DNA of 64,000 nt from Tricharina praecox (lineage: Eukaryota), in NCBI RefSeq assembly GCF_024521635.1, contig NW_026250413.1, positions 992,001 through 1,056,000 on the forward strand, written 5' to 3'. Of this stretch, positions 25,714 through 38,699 are shown in pieces. The notes beneath the pieces are model-generated. The model ran no database searches and was not told the origin of the DNA. It was given only the letters and a program-made list of their open reading frames with translations. A program made the position numbers and the translations under genes. Each line of letters begins with the position of its first letter. Positions within the stretch are counted from its first letter, which is position 1.

Positions 25714-28104
25714 TCATCTCGAAAAATCGTAAACTAACAATCGTGCGTCTTCCTTGAACACGACCACCTTCTCCTCATCGAAGCCGCCCAGCCTTCCGCG
25801 GGCCGTGTCATCTGCATCAGCACGGTGGTGGAAGACGACGTCATGCACCGGTTCGACGCGAACACTGGCGGCGTCCCTCCGGCGCTCGCTGACACCCCCC
25901 TCGAGCTCCCACACCCGCATCTCCCTTCCGGCACGGTCAACGGATACGGCCTTTCCCCTGCTGTCGACGAGGACATCCGATACTGCCGCCGTGTGACCGT
26001 ACAGTCGCTGGCCTGCGTCGATGATGAGTGCGGAGGACGTCGAGCGCACTAGGTGGAGTGTAAGCGTGTTGTCGGCGTGCGAAGTGACGAGGTAGCTAGG
26101 TGTGGGGCGAGGTTTCGTCAGCTGTAAAGCAACTGGGAGAGGAACATGCGCAACCATCGTTGTACGAGGTTATCTTTCCAGAATCATGGGGAAAGATTAG
26201 CGAGAGCGAATGGAGAGCGGAGGAGGGGGGTGAGGGGGTGTACGAATGCTTCACCGCCCCTCTCGAAGCCAAGGGTAAGCTCAGCCGGCGCCCATATACT
26301 CACTCTATGTAGATTGCTCTACTTGGAGGAGGAGCGAGGGTGGCATGCGCCGCCGCCGATCGCGCACGCATTGGACCGGAAAGGAGGGGGGGTGGAGGGG
26401 TGGCCTACGGATGACTGTAGCTCACACTGGTAGGCTGCGCCAACGGCGGATCGTAGTGCTGTGACCCGCCGTGACTCGACAGCATCCTTGCGGGTCCTGT
26501 CCCAACTCCCCCCGGTGAGCTGCCAGAATTGCCAGAATTGCCAGGAGTCCCACTCGCAGCACCGACAGGTGTGAACGCGGATGGGACAGATGTCGCAATC
26601 CGCGATTCTTCAAGGATGGTGGTGGGACTGGTCGAAAAGCGCAGCTCCTGCATGCCTACTGACCATCCAGCCGTGTAGAGCGGACTTGCATACACCACCG
26701 AGGCGAGGAGGGTGCCGTTGACAGATCGACGCAGCGATAGCGTTGATGGAGGCCATGCGGTCGACGATTGGAGCGAGGCTAGGAGCTTTGGAGGGGGCGC
26801 GTGAAGCTGCGGGGTGATTGAGTGTATCATGCGGTTGCTTTTTGTCGTTCCGGACGAGCTAGGAAGATTGCGCGAGATTGATGATGATGCTGCTGATGAT
26901 GTTGCTGCTGCTGCTGCTGATGATGACGAACTGCTTCTGCCGCTAAGATCGTCATCGTCAACTGAAACCACAACGTGGGCGGCTTTGGGCTCCCCCTCAC
27001 CGCTGCCTGTGGTGTCCGGGACATCAATCGCTCCGCGCTCATCTGCCCCGCTTGCTGCGCCTTCGAGTGAATCGGAAAAATCGTAAATTTCCCACGTCTG
27101 ACCCGCCATGGTGCTCAAGTACGGTCCCAGATAAGCCATTGCAGTGACCATCGTATTCGGGGCCTCGCGGCTGGTCCGATTTCCTGGGGGGCGAACGTGG
27201 CTGGTTCGAAATATGGGAGCTTCCTGCAGCATGTCCAGCTGATACGTCGCGAATGCACCTTTGCTGAAGCCAACCGCCACATTCACCCGGCCCGCCGTGC
27301 CCCCGCTCGCCTCATCCACCGCCAATGCCGTCGGAGCCCCAACGCCAGAAAAGGGAGCTGCATTGGAGTAGAGTGATGTACTCGCAATAAGCTCATCTGT
27401 GCTGTGCAATCTCCATGCACGGAGTCCGAGTGATGGTGAAGCCGTGAAGACAATCCCCTACCGAGCGATACCGTAAGCTCTCACACACCCACACACGCAC
27501 GCGCACCACACACATACACACACGCGCACAACTCGTCGGTCTGCCTTGGATGCAAAGTCATGGCCGACGACAATAGCAGGCCAACAAAAAACGCACGAGG
27601 CCATCGTACCTCGAACAGCCTGACCAGCAAGCCACTTTCCATCTGTAGTTCTTCCTCGCCGTCCACCACACCCCAAGCCCCATCAATCTCTCTGACCCCA
27701 CAAGCTCCCCTGACCCAATTATGTTTCAACCGGTACAGAGCTTTCCAGTTCGTTCCGACCTCCCGAGCGATTCCCTCTTCCTCTAACCATATTGACCTCC
27801 GCGACGAATAATCCCCCAGTTGTGTCCTCAGCAGCCCTGGAATCCTGGATGCCCTTGGCCGCACATACCGACGGTAATACAGCGCCTTCCAGATCTGGCC
27901 GTCGACTGCGATTCTGGAGCACCGATGTGACACGAGTTGAAGGGCTGCAAGGTCGCGCGTGGGCAGGTGCGAGGCGATACGGAGGAAGAGTTCGTCGCTC
28001 AGCCGCAGTATCGGAGTTGCACGGTTGGGCCTGTGGCGTTTTGGAGCTGGGTCGGGATCCGTGGAGCGTGAGCGTTGCCGCTTCACTTTCTTGGTGCAGG
28101 GCAT
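25714..28104 (-). CDS. F-box domain protein with WD40-like C-terminus; exons 28104-27610, 27457-26409, 26095-25714
   Basis: F-box LRLSDELFLRIASHLPTRDLAALQLVSHRCSRIAVDGQIWKALY, then NWKALYRLKHNW. The C-terminus has SYSHP|YLVTSHADNTL..RLYGHTAAVSDV..RVWELEGG. Splice phases join the three ORF pieces in frame. Confidence 0.85.
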
Positions 28105-28782
28105 GTCGAGAGGTATATATGTGTGGTTGGACTGGACTGGAGCTGGCCAATTGGCGGGAATGCGGAGATGTGGAGGAGTTGTGGGGGGGGGCGGTGGGAT
28201 GCCGATGGCTGCTGGATCTCCTCTCGTCTTGTTCTTGTGTATACCTGTAGAGTGCTGTATCCATCTGCACGATGAGCTGGCAAAGCAGCTCTCCCCCCAG
28301 GCAATCTGTGATGGGCGGAAGGTTAGGGTTACACACACTACGCCAAACTTTTGTCTCGCACAGGACCAGAACGGATGGAAGACCGAGGTGGGATCGGCTT
28401 GGGCACTGGGTATGATGTGATATGTTACCAGTGATTATCGGTATTAGTCACCTAGCGATTGCTGATAAGATAAGATGATCGCGATAAACCTACGCCCGAT
28501 AAGATCGTGTGCGAATCGCGCAACGATACGGTATGGTTAATACTGGTAACCTTGCTCAAGTACGATTCTGTGGTCGCGTATTCATCGATTCCAAGCTCGA
28601 GTGAGAGGCATCCTCCTTCGCGAACACCTCCGGACGAACTCGGTTGCAAACACCTCACTCGTTCTATCATACCACTGCTCTTGCTCGAATACCGGTTACA
28701 GACTTTCCAGCGACGACGTATGCACGGGTGCCGCCACTGATAGTCACGACATCCATCTCCGAGCTCCCTAGCAGCAGCAGAA

Positions 28783-31276
28783 ATGGACGAGTTCATGCGA
28801 CGCAGTCGCAATTCCCTTAATGACTGGGCGTACGAGCACTTCAAGGGCCTAGAGGAAGCAATCAAGAACAGCGAGGAGATGACGGCAAAGTTCGCACTCG
28901 TCATCGAAGAACGGGAGACGAAGATCCTACAGCTCAGGGAACAGCTTTCCAGGGATGAACTCACTACGGCGATACAGGTTGGCGAGCAAGACCTCGAGAT
29001 TGCACAGCTCAAGCAGCAGCTACAGGATGCTAGGAATCAAGTTGTTGCGTTGACCTCGGCGGAAGAGGAGAGGTTGAAGCGGACGTAAGTTGTATCAATT
29101 GAAGGTGGTGGTGCTGTGTTGATGCGAGGGATGCAGTGTCCAATCGACGAACGACAACGACGAGGATGGTAAACCTGTGAGGCCTTTGAAGACACTGGCG
29201 AAAGATGTGACGCCACCTGCTGGCTCGCCTGCCGGTATCGCACGACTTCGGCCTGCCATTTCAATGGACCCGGTACCACACATTGATTCGGGTACACAGA
29301 CGAACCATGGGCATCCACCATTACCTCTAGGCTTTGACTACCCCGAGGCATACGCCGAACTGCTTGCCAAATATCACGAGCTGGTGCAGGATCACGACGA
29401 GCAGATGGGGATGTACGGGGATTTGAAGCAAGAAAACACCAATTTGAAGAAGGAGATGGATTTGATCAGGAGCTTGAAGAGTTATAAGAATGCTTACGAT
29501 ATCCTCAACGAAAAGTATCACCAGGACAAGGCAAGATGGAAGGTGTGGCTTGAGAATTACAGGAAGAAAGAGGTTGCGAGGGCGGAGAGGAAACTGAACA
29601 CTGAAGTTGAAAACGTTTTGATGACTCCCGGCCCGACGAGCTCGCCGCCGAGACCTCCGGCGTCCTCGCCCGGTAGTTCGCTTGCCAACCCTAACGAGCT
29701 CTCAGTTGAGCTGGTCAGAACGGGCAGACTATTCTCGAACCTTCAGCCATCTAGGAAGGTCAATTTTCAGTTTGGGCCCAATGATGTCGGCGAACCCGAA
29801 AGGAATATTCCAAATGAGGAAGCAATCCATTCAGATGCTTCATCATATGCAATTCCTGAAACTCAGGAACAAGATCAACCCCAATTGCCGCAGTCAACTC
29901 AGAAGCCGGCCGGCAACCCGGACAGGAACACTGATCCAGACCACCCAACCAGTGACCTTACGTCGAGTGACACCGGTGACGAAGGTGAGATCACTCCGAG
30001 AGCGAAGATACCCATTGTCGATCAACAGATGCACCCTCCAACCCATTTCAAGACGCCAGTACCAGCAAACAAGGAGGGAGCGAGCTGGGCCAAACCCGTG
30101 GTGATCAAGAGTGAACCTCTGTCAAGCCAGGACGACCCCGGCTATCACCTGTTCGATCAGGAGAGTTTGGACCTGGACGATGTCGGACATCTCGCGCCCC
30201 AAGAACAGCAGATCACGCCGAGGAAGAGGCGGAAGGCGGATATCATCAAACAGGCCATCAAAGGTGAGGGAAGCGGAAACGGCGATGAGACTCACGATGG
30301 TGATGAAAATGACGTCTCTTTACCTCACAAAATTCGACCCAACATGATCGCTGAAGCGGATACATTATTGCCTCCTCCACCGCGTCCCAGAGTGCAGAAG
30401 CCAGTGTCCATCCCAGTTCAGAAAACAGACTCTCCTTCCGGCCGTCTCGGTCCCATCTCCACCTCGGCTTCCGCTTTCCGCACTCCCATCAAGGCTACCA
30501 AACGAGCTTTGCGCTCACGCAAGGGTGCTCATGTCCCCGTTTTAGAAGATGGTGCCGACGGAAAAAAGCCCGTGGGTCTCGGTGGAGATACCCCCAGCGT
30601 CCAAACCGCAGTCCGCCTCGATGACATCCTCTTTACACCGCCCCCCAAATCCGTCAGCCTCTCCGCCCTTAGTAAGGAAGCGATCAACACGCGCAGTGCT
30701 CCCCAGAACAGGCGCCCCAAACTGAGAGCGGAAGGAAAGGACATGTTGACCACGCCCAACAATCCCACTCTCAAGAAGCGGGACGCCGCCACGGACCCTC
30801 TCCCCAGCAAGAACATCCGGAAGCAGCCCGCCACCGCGGCCGACTTCGCCATCAACCCGGCCATGAACGACGGCATCGACTATGCGTACCACGAAGTCGT
30901 CCGCAACCGCGAAGCACGCAAGTGTCTCCCAGGCTGCACGCGCACCTGCTGCAAGGAAGTCGGCAAATTCGTCGAAGCCGCCGGTATGCCGCTGCTCACA
31001 AAGGCGGGTCCCCGCTGGCGCAGCAGCAGCCCCGAGCAGCCCGCCGAAAATACCGATGCCGTCGGCGAGAAGGAGTTCCTAGATCTCTATGGCCGCCACC
31101 GTGAGGCGTTCCCCAGACGCAATACGCCCCCGGGCTTCTGGGATAGTGACATGCCGGATACTCAGGCGCTCAAGAAGAGGAATGAGGAGGCGGATAAGCT
31201 GGATCGCGAGCGTGTGGAGCAGCGGAATAGGGAGGTGATGAAGGGTTCGAAGGGACGGTTTGTGAGGAAGTTCTAG
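28783..31276 (+). CDS. SAE2: DNA repair endonuclease cofactor Sae2/Ctp1/CtIP; exons 28783-29084, 29137-31276
   Basis: N-terminal coiled coil. The C-terminal signature EVVRNREARKCLPGCTRTCC...GRHR..NTPPGFWDSDMPDTQ contains the Cys cluster, RHR and TPPGFW motifs of the SAE2 family. The 52-nt GTAAGT..TGCAG intron joins the two ORFs in frame. Confidence 0.9.
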
Positions 31277-32389
31277 GGAGAGGGTTGCATTTGATGGTAT
31301 TCTTCGCTTTGGGGTTTTGGCGTCGGTGGTGGTCTTTGATTTGCACGTATTACTCCTTATTGTTGTACTGGCATACTTTACTTGATTTTTTTATTCTTTG
31401 CGGTGGCATACCATTTTTGCTCGCCTTTACTTTGCTCTCTGTATCTAAGTAAACTACTTGATGATTCTGGATGATACACCTTTACCTACGAGGTGTCATG
31501 TATGTACTATTGTACGTGGTGTATTGACTTTGTTCTACTCTTTACCTCATTTACTTGCTCTCACAGGTCATACTTCCATTTCCATGATCGGAACAATTAC
31601 CATCAACGCAGCAGCTTCCTTTTCCTCTCTCCGGATTGCACTCGCCAGCACTCGGCCATGAGCCACGGGATAGCCATATTAAACTACAACCGCGCAAAAC
31701 CATAGTCCTCGTATTTATGAGCTAGGTAATTGAAGGATATGGCCATCGAAGTAGTAGCCGCGCAACTCTCTCCCGGACGACGGCTGTTCTGTGTGCTGTG
31801 TGCTGTGTGCTGTGTGCTGTGTGCTGTGTGCTGTGTGTACTAACGGGCCGTCATGGCCTCGATGGTCGACCCGATGAACTCGAAGGGTAGGTAATTTACA
31901 TCCCTACATTACACCTCACACCTCACACTACCTAGTAGATGGTCCTAGTCCTCTATAGTAGGCTATCAAATCATTATCCAACTACAGGATGCATCATATG
32001 TACGAGTACGATTACGAAAAAAGGCGAACGAAGGTATTCAATCTCGACAATCGCAGAATAGAGTAACAGAAACAGATCAAATCAAGCACATCGCAAAAAA
32101 AACATAAGAAATCAGTTGACAACAGCAGAGGATTAGAGAGCCACCATACAATATTAGACCCCTTCGCAAATACAAAGGAAACAACAAGCCCAGATCGACA
32201 GGCAGACGGAGAAAAAACGAGATACGAGATACGAGATATGAAAATTGTCCAAATGGGGGTGTTCTGGGAGGGTGTGTTTTACAAAAGAAAAAATGTATTG
32301 GAAAAAAGTGCATATCCAAAACCGTAATACCAACAACAGCAACAAGAAAGTAAGAAAAACGATCGACCTAACAATACCTCCTGCTCAGG

Positions 32390-35300
32390 CTATGCTTCGT
32401 TGATGAGGGAATTGATAGCCTACACACCCGTCCCTCGTCAAAACTGCCACAAGTATACACTAGGAGGAGGCGGAATAACTCACTCGGTCAATATCCCATC
32501 CATTCTTCTCAAGCGCTTTCACCGAACTCTCTCTGTCAAAGCCCATTCCGGTCAACTTCTCAACTTTCCCATCATCTTCACCTTCCGAAATGGTAGTCGT
32601 CGTGGTAGGAGGACGATCAGAGGAGGAGAAAGATAGAGAAACACCGCCCTCACCGGGGTCCGTACCACTCTGATCTGCTGTTGCCACGGGCACAACATTC
32701 TCCTTCAATGGCTGTTGCTGGGCCGACGACGAGGGCACGACACAGTTGGCGAAGATGGCGTCCCAGTCTTGAGGACTGGCCGCTGGTTGTTTGTTCGCGT
32801 CGCCTTGAGCCTGACCTTGCTGCTGAGTGCCGTCGGTGTTGTAGTTGAATTCAAAGCCATCGTCCGCCGTGTTCTCCGCGCTGGGCTCGCCGAAGTTAAA
32901 GTCGCCACCAAAGCCAGAGGGATTAACGAAATCAATGTCTGCACTCTTCTCGTCTGCCTCTTTAGCCTCGGCGAGATCGCCAAACGCATCATCGTCGAAC
33001 TCGTCCTTAGCTGCCGTAGGAGTAGAAGGGAAGACGACGGCGTTAGTGCTGCCGCCAGGTGTGGGTGCATCGTGCTTCATAGGGTCGGTGCGAGATGGGA
33101 GGAGACCGCCAAATTCGTATGGCTTCTCACCGCTGTATGCTGGAGGCGATTGCTGGGCCGAGGCAGACGGCGGTGCGCCTGAGGTGGCATCTGTGGCAGC
33201 GGGATCAAAGTTCAAACCCTGGTTGGCATTAGTAGGAGTGGCCGATTCCAACTTTGCCTGAGGGCTGGCTGTGGTGAAGTTGTCATCAAAGCCAACATCA
33301 CTGTCACTATCGCTATCCGGCCGCACTTCTTTGATAGGAGGGAACTCGTCATGAAACTTGGAGGCACTAACGCTTCCAGAGCCACCGGTATGATGCTCCA
33401 CTGCCGTAAACTTGTTGAACGCCTCATCGAAATCCTTGCTGGATGCGCTCGCAGCCTCATTCTTACCGATGCTGAATGGATCGCCACCGAAAGCAGCGGC
33501 GCGACTGAAATTACTGCCTCTGCTCAAGTTGCTCATCGTGCTTTCACCAGTCGGCGTGGCCTTGATGGGTGTGCTGCTCTCTCCCATAGGGAATGCTCCA
33601 GGGACGTTGCTGTTAAAGCTGAACGAATCCATCTTCTCCAATCTGGGCTTGTTCTCGTCACCACCTGATGTCGTTCCAGTGATGTTCCGCTCAACGCCGG
33701 CGAATGGAGAGTCATTGCGACGATCGAAAGGCGAGAAAGCGGGCCGTCCCGATGCTTCGGTACCAGCATCACTCTTCACGCTGAAACTGCCACTCCTGTC
33801 TTCCCGCGCGGTCCGTCCAGGGGTTTCGACACTAGCGGTGGGTCCAAACACGCCGGTAGGAGTGTCAGGACGAGAGAAGTCGGTGTCCCGAATACTGGCA
33901 GAAGCATTAACCGCCACGGATGACGTCGTGGAATCTGCACGGTTAATAGGCAGGGGTAGGAAAGAGGATGTCATCTGCGATCCGACAGCGAGCGAGGGAG
34001 CCTCGGACGGCGGCGGCGAACCGTGGTAGGACGATGGAGGTGCCGAGGTAGTAGGCGTCGACCTGCCCCCATGGGCACTCTCAGTTCCGGAAAGAGTGTA
34101 GGTGCTGGAATCAGCTGGAGGCCTTGGGAAGCCGTGGCCGGGTGGCGGTGTGGAGGAAAACGCGGGTCCAAACACATCATCCATCGAGTGTCTGGGAGGA
34201 GCAAATGGCGAAGCCGAGAATCCACTCTCCGAGATAGGCGGAGGCGACTTACGGGCCGCAGCATGGAAGGGGTTGTGGCTGCCACCGATGCTTCCTGTGG
34301 AGAGGGTAGGGCTACCTGGAGGCGGCGGACTGGCAGCACGGGGTCTCTGTGCCTCTTCGATTCCACTCTTGAGCTTGTCACGTTCCTGCTCACTCTTCTC
34401 CACCTGCTTGCGGTTGATAGCCACCAAGCCCCTCTCCCGGCGCGCCTGCAATTGCAATCGCTCGAGTTCCTCCTTTAGCGACCGAGTTTCCGTGTTGACA
34501 GAGTTCATCCTCTCCTTAAGGTTCTCGTTCTCCCTCCTGTCCCCTTCCAGCTGAGACAAAAGCTCCTGCTTTTTGTACTGCAACTGGGTGAGCTCTGCAT
34601 CCATCTTGTGGTAATCCTGGGTCGCCGTAGCGGTATCTCGTCGGGAAATCGCAAGCTGCTCCTCCACTTGCATGACCTGGGCAGCCTCCTTCTCATAAGC
34701 GGCACGAAGCTGCGCCAACTGGGCTTCAATGTTCTGCTTCTGCGTGGTAAGTGACGATAGATCGGACTCTGCAGAAACACGTTTGATATTCAGCTCTTGC
34801 GTCTGCCTGGTCAGACTGCCAATTTGGTTGGAAAGATTGGCCAGCTCCATGGTTTCGTTGGTTACTTTTCTGCCCACTTCCGGATCAGCATCACCCAGCA
34901 AGTCATCCATATCTGGACCCTTCTGTTGCTGAGAGAACCCTCGGCTCGCAGCAGAGTGGTTGGATCCACCAGTATTGGATGGCAGGATAGACTGTCCAAA
35001 GCTCGATTGCGGCACAAACGTAGGTGTTGGCCTGCTAAGGAAGCTGGGAAGTTGGTTAGGAACTGGCGAATGAGCTCCGGAAATCGGCGGTGACACGTCC
35101 TGGGCCGTGGATGCTCCCCAGGTATCATTGTCGAACGGACCGGCAGAGGGAGTGGGTCCAGGGCCGGCTTGCGACTGTGCACCGCCCGAAGTAAAGTGGT
35201 CCAATCCGAAAAGATCGTCTGCCGCCGACTTCGGTGGAGGGGGTTGCTGCGGCAGAGGCGGGTCAAAGGGGCTTGGTGGCTGCACCACGGGGCCAGCTAC

Positions 35301-36837
35301 GAGACGCGTGTCAGCAGAGCTACGGAGCCAATGAATGGAGTATTACCTGGGCCTGTCAATTGACGCTGCTGACGCACATGGGGGGGGATCAGGTTGAGAG
35401 GCAGAGTCTCCGGGAGTGGCATTCCCGGATTACTTCGCTGCTGTACAATAAGGTACATGGCAATCGCGAACTCGTCACGGTTGAGCTGGCCCGCCTTGTG
35501 GATATCGGCCAGATCCCAAATTTGGGCGAGAACATCTTCGGGGAGGTTGGAGTTGCTGAAGAAGGGCACAGCCTCATCACCAGTGATGACTCCCCTGCCA
35601 GCCTTGTCGACAGTCAAGAACACCGCATCGAACCGTTGCTTATCTGCCGGTGTAACAGCCCAAGCCCCGCCTGCCACTCCACCTCCCGTAAGATCGCGCT
35701 GAATAGCATTTGCGTTCTGAGGAACAGGCGGCGTGAAGTTACGAGACAGAGGCGACTGTGCGCGCTGGGCCTGGGGACCACTGAACTGCTTCGGAATCGG
35801 CGGAATAGGAGGCATCGCCCGGCCGGGAGCTCTTCGATCCGGGCCGCTGCGTGTCGGAGGTCGGCCGGCGGCCGCGTCATACAGGCCCGGGGGGAGGATC
35901 TGCGGGAGAGCAGGCAGTTGGCCGCTCTTGCAACAAGTGATGAGATGCATCGCCACAACGAACTCAGCACAGCCTAGCGCTCCGCGGCCCTTCTGGTCGG
36001 CAAGGTTCCAGATCTGAATGAGTGTCGGGGTTGGCAGTCTCGAGCGCTGGAAGATGTCGCGAGCAATGTTGCCTACCAAAGATCAATACCCAAAGCACTC
36101 CATATCTGACATGACGTACGTACCCTGCAGGAGCCCATCAACCGCCCCAGACTTCTCGAACAGTATCGTAAACTTATCCACATCCTGGGGCATTAGATTC
36201 GGCACGCGAATCATGCCACCGGGTGGAGGACCAGGAGGCGGAGGCGGAATGACGGGCGCCGGAGCAGGAGGAGGAGGGGATGCGGTAGGGAGCGACGGGT
36301 AGACGACTGTGACGCCCTCGAAATGCGGTAATGGGCCAGCTACACCATAATCAATATCCCTTTATGAAGCAAGCAGAACTCTAGTGTAAATACGTTGCTG
36401 AGCCAACTCAGGCCGAGGGTGCTGTCCATTCTGGGCCTGCCCAATCAATCGCAGCGCGACGCTGAAGCCGACCTTCGTGAGCAGTCCTCGGTTCTCTGTA
36501 TCCGCGATTCCCCAGATCTACACACGGAGGACGTGTCAGTCGCGACCCTCATAGCTCACGAACGCGCATCTTACCTCTCCCAGAATGCGCGGACCCAGTC
36601 CAGACTTCTCAAAGAACTTAACCGCGAGTTCTCCCGTGACGACACCGAGGTTCTCGTTATCGGCTGCTTGGAACAGTTGCCCGAAGACTTTCTTCTCGTC
36701 AGGCGTTAGGACGATGTTGTGGTGGCCTCCTAAATGACGACAGAGTTCAACACGTTAGCTTCGCGGGAGGGAGTGAAGGAGGGTCTGGATTAGTTCGTAC
36801 CGGCCTCCGTTAAGGTCTCCCCTCGTGTGTCACTCAT
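32390..36837 (-). CDS. EDE1: Endocytic scaffold Ede1/Eps15 (3 EH domains, coiled coil, C-terminal UBA); exons 36837-36801, 36729-36575, 36517-36394, 36339-36124, 36072-35347, 35296-32484, 32419-32390
   Basis: Three EH repeats (VFGQLFQAAD..ILGEIWGIAD; LIQIWNLAD..EFVVAMHLI; LAQIWDLAD..EFAIAMYLI), a long heptad region, NPF/DPF motifs, and a UBA domain VEKLTGMGFDRESSVKALEKNGWDIDR|AINSLI. Confidence 0.92.
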
Positions 36838-37893
36838 GATGGGTGGTGATAGTGGAGGTTCTGAGCGCGCCCGGTCGATCGAGGGAGGCAGTTATCGGGG
36901 GAATAGTAGGTATGGATGGAGTCCGTCCGATCCGGCGTTCAGAAGGGCTGAGGTGAGTGTCTTTGCACGCTCGTTGCCGAAACGACGGTAAACAACAATG
37001 ACAGTGTGTATGGCTGGTCAAAGCTCCGTATGGTGGAGGGTTGGAGGGTTGGTGGAGTAATAGAGTGCTTTCTATGGTTGGTGCGAAGAAGGGGGGCTCC
37101 GTCGCTGTTGTGAACGATGACAGTGGTGATGATAGTTAGGGTAGTTATCCGGAGCGGTTAGTGGGCTGAATGGGATGGGGGGTGTTTGGGCAGGTTGCGA
37201 TCCCGGCTGGCTGGGAACAGTTTCGTCCGTCCACGGAGTACGAGCACAGTACGGTATACCTAGTACTGACGGCCTCCACAGTTTGTGTTCCCCACATCGA
37301 AATACGAACATCCCGATCACATCCTCCACCCAGGAAAGAAGAATGATATCGATCCATCGCATCATCGCCATCGATTTGCTCTCAGAAATCCCGAAACCCC
37401 TCAGCTCAGCATTCCTTGTTTGTCCTCCTAGAAATAACCACCAAGCAGAGAGGGAAGCGGGGTTGTCGTAGTTCGACTCTAACTAGACGATGCACAAGCT
37501 GCCCCGCAGCCAATATCTGCAGACTTCTTTGGTTCAGGTGAGCATGCAGCTAAGTAGGTAGATTACACTGCGTGGATGGGAGTGGGTGCAGTGCACGGCT
37601 GGACGGGCATGCTAGGTACGTAAGTTACATGCGAAGCTCGATTCAACCTCAACTTCAACTTTCGTCACGATTCCCGAAGAGATATGGCCCATGAAGATAA
37701 CCATGTGTTTAACAATAAGGATATTTAAGTAAGTAAGTAATTAACTGTAACGTACAGGCAATAACTAACCAACCCCGATGAAGTCCAGAATATCGAGGAG
37801 CCAACCAATCTCACGCCTCGGAAAGCATCCCAAGGACCGGACCTAATCGTCGAAGATATCCTTCTCCTCACCATCCTTCTCCTTATACTCATC

Positions 37894-38699
37894 CTAATAC
37901 TCATCCTCTTCCTCTTCCTCGGGCTCTTCCTCTTCCTCTTCCTCTTCCTCTTCCTCGGGATCTTCCTCGGGCTCTTCCTCTTCCTCTTCCTCAACCGCAG
38001 TTCTACCCTTCTTCTTAATCCGCATCGCAACCTCCCCCTCATCTTCATCTTCCTCTTCCTCTTCCTCTTCCTCTTCCTCTTCCTCTTCCTCTTCCTCTTC
38101 CTCTTCCTCTTCCTCTTCCTCAACCGCAGTTCTACCCTTCTTCTTAATCCATCTCACAGCCTTCTCTCCCTCTTTCTCACTGTCCGAGTCCGAGTCCGAG
38201 CTCTCCAGAGACTGAATCTTCCTCTTCTTACTCTTTGGACCCGGCCCCTTCACCTTCGTCACCTTCTCCTTCTTCTTCGATGACAGCGTGTCGAGCTTGG
38301 CCGCTCCCTTCTTTCCCTTTTTACCCTCCTCCTTCACTAACAGCGCTCCTCTATCCAACATCCTTTTCAATCTCTTACACCTATTCACATTCGCTATTAG
38401 CATCCCCATCTACCTCATCTTCACAGGGAAACTCACGCTGCATTATTCGAACAGTGCATACCCGCAGCAATAAACCTCCAGTCCACCGTTGGCCTATCCG
38501 AGCCCACGTAGGCGAGCGCGAATTCCACGAGCGGTACCAAATCTTCGCTACCGGCAAGGGAGGTGGGGAGGGAGGAGAGGGAGAATTCAATCTGGACGAG
38601 TTATCATAGGTAGTCGATAGGAGGAGATTTGGGGGTAAGGACCTTCATGAGAGAGAAGAGGTACACAAGGAGGAATTCCGCATTCGTGTAATATCTCAT
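37894..38699 (-). CDS. Hypothetical small nuclear protein with Myb-like N-terminal segment and poly-Glu tail; proposed exons 38699-38643, 38591-38437, 38380-37894
   Basis: The GTGAGT..GCTAAT..TAG intron (38436-38381) joins ..ALAYVGSDRPTVDWRFIAAGMHCSNNAA|CKRLKRMLDRG to a Lys-rich, NLS-like segment and (GAGGAA)n poly-E. The first intron has a weak GTCCTT donor, so the start is uncertain. Confidence 0.55.

Noticed and set aside
37405-37495. GTTCGACTC B-box-like motif suggesting a tRNA
   Set aside because: No convincing cloverleaf, D-arm/A-box or acceptor stem; tRNAscan-SE would settle it.
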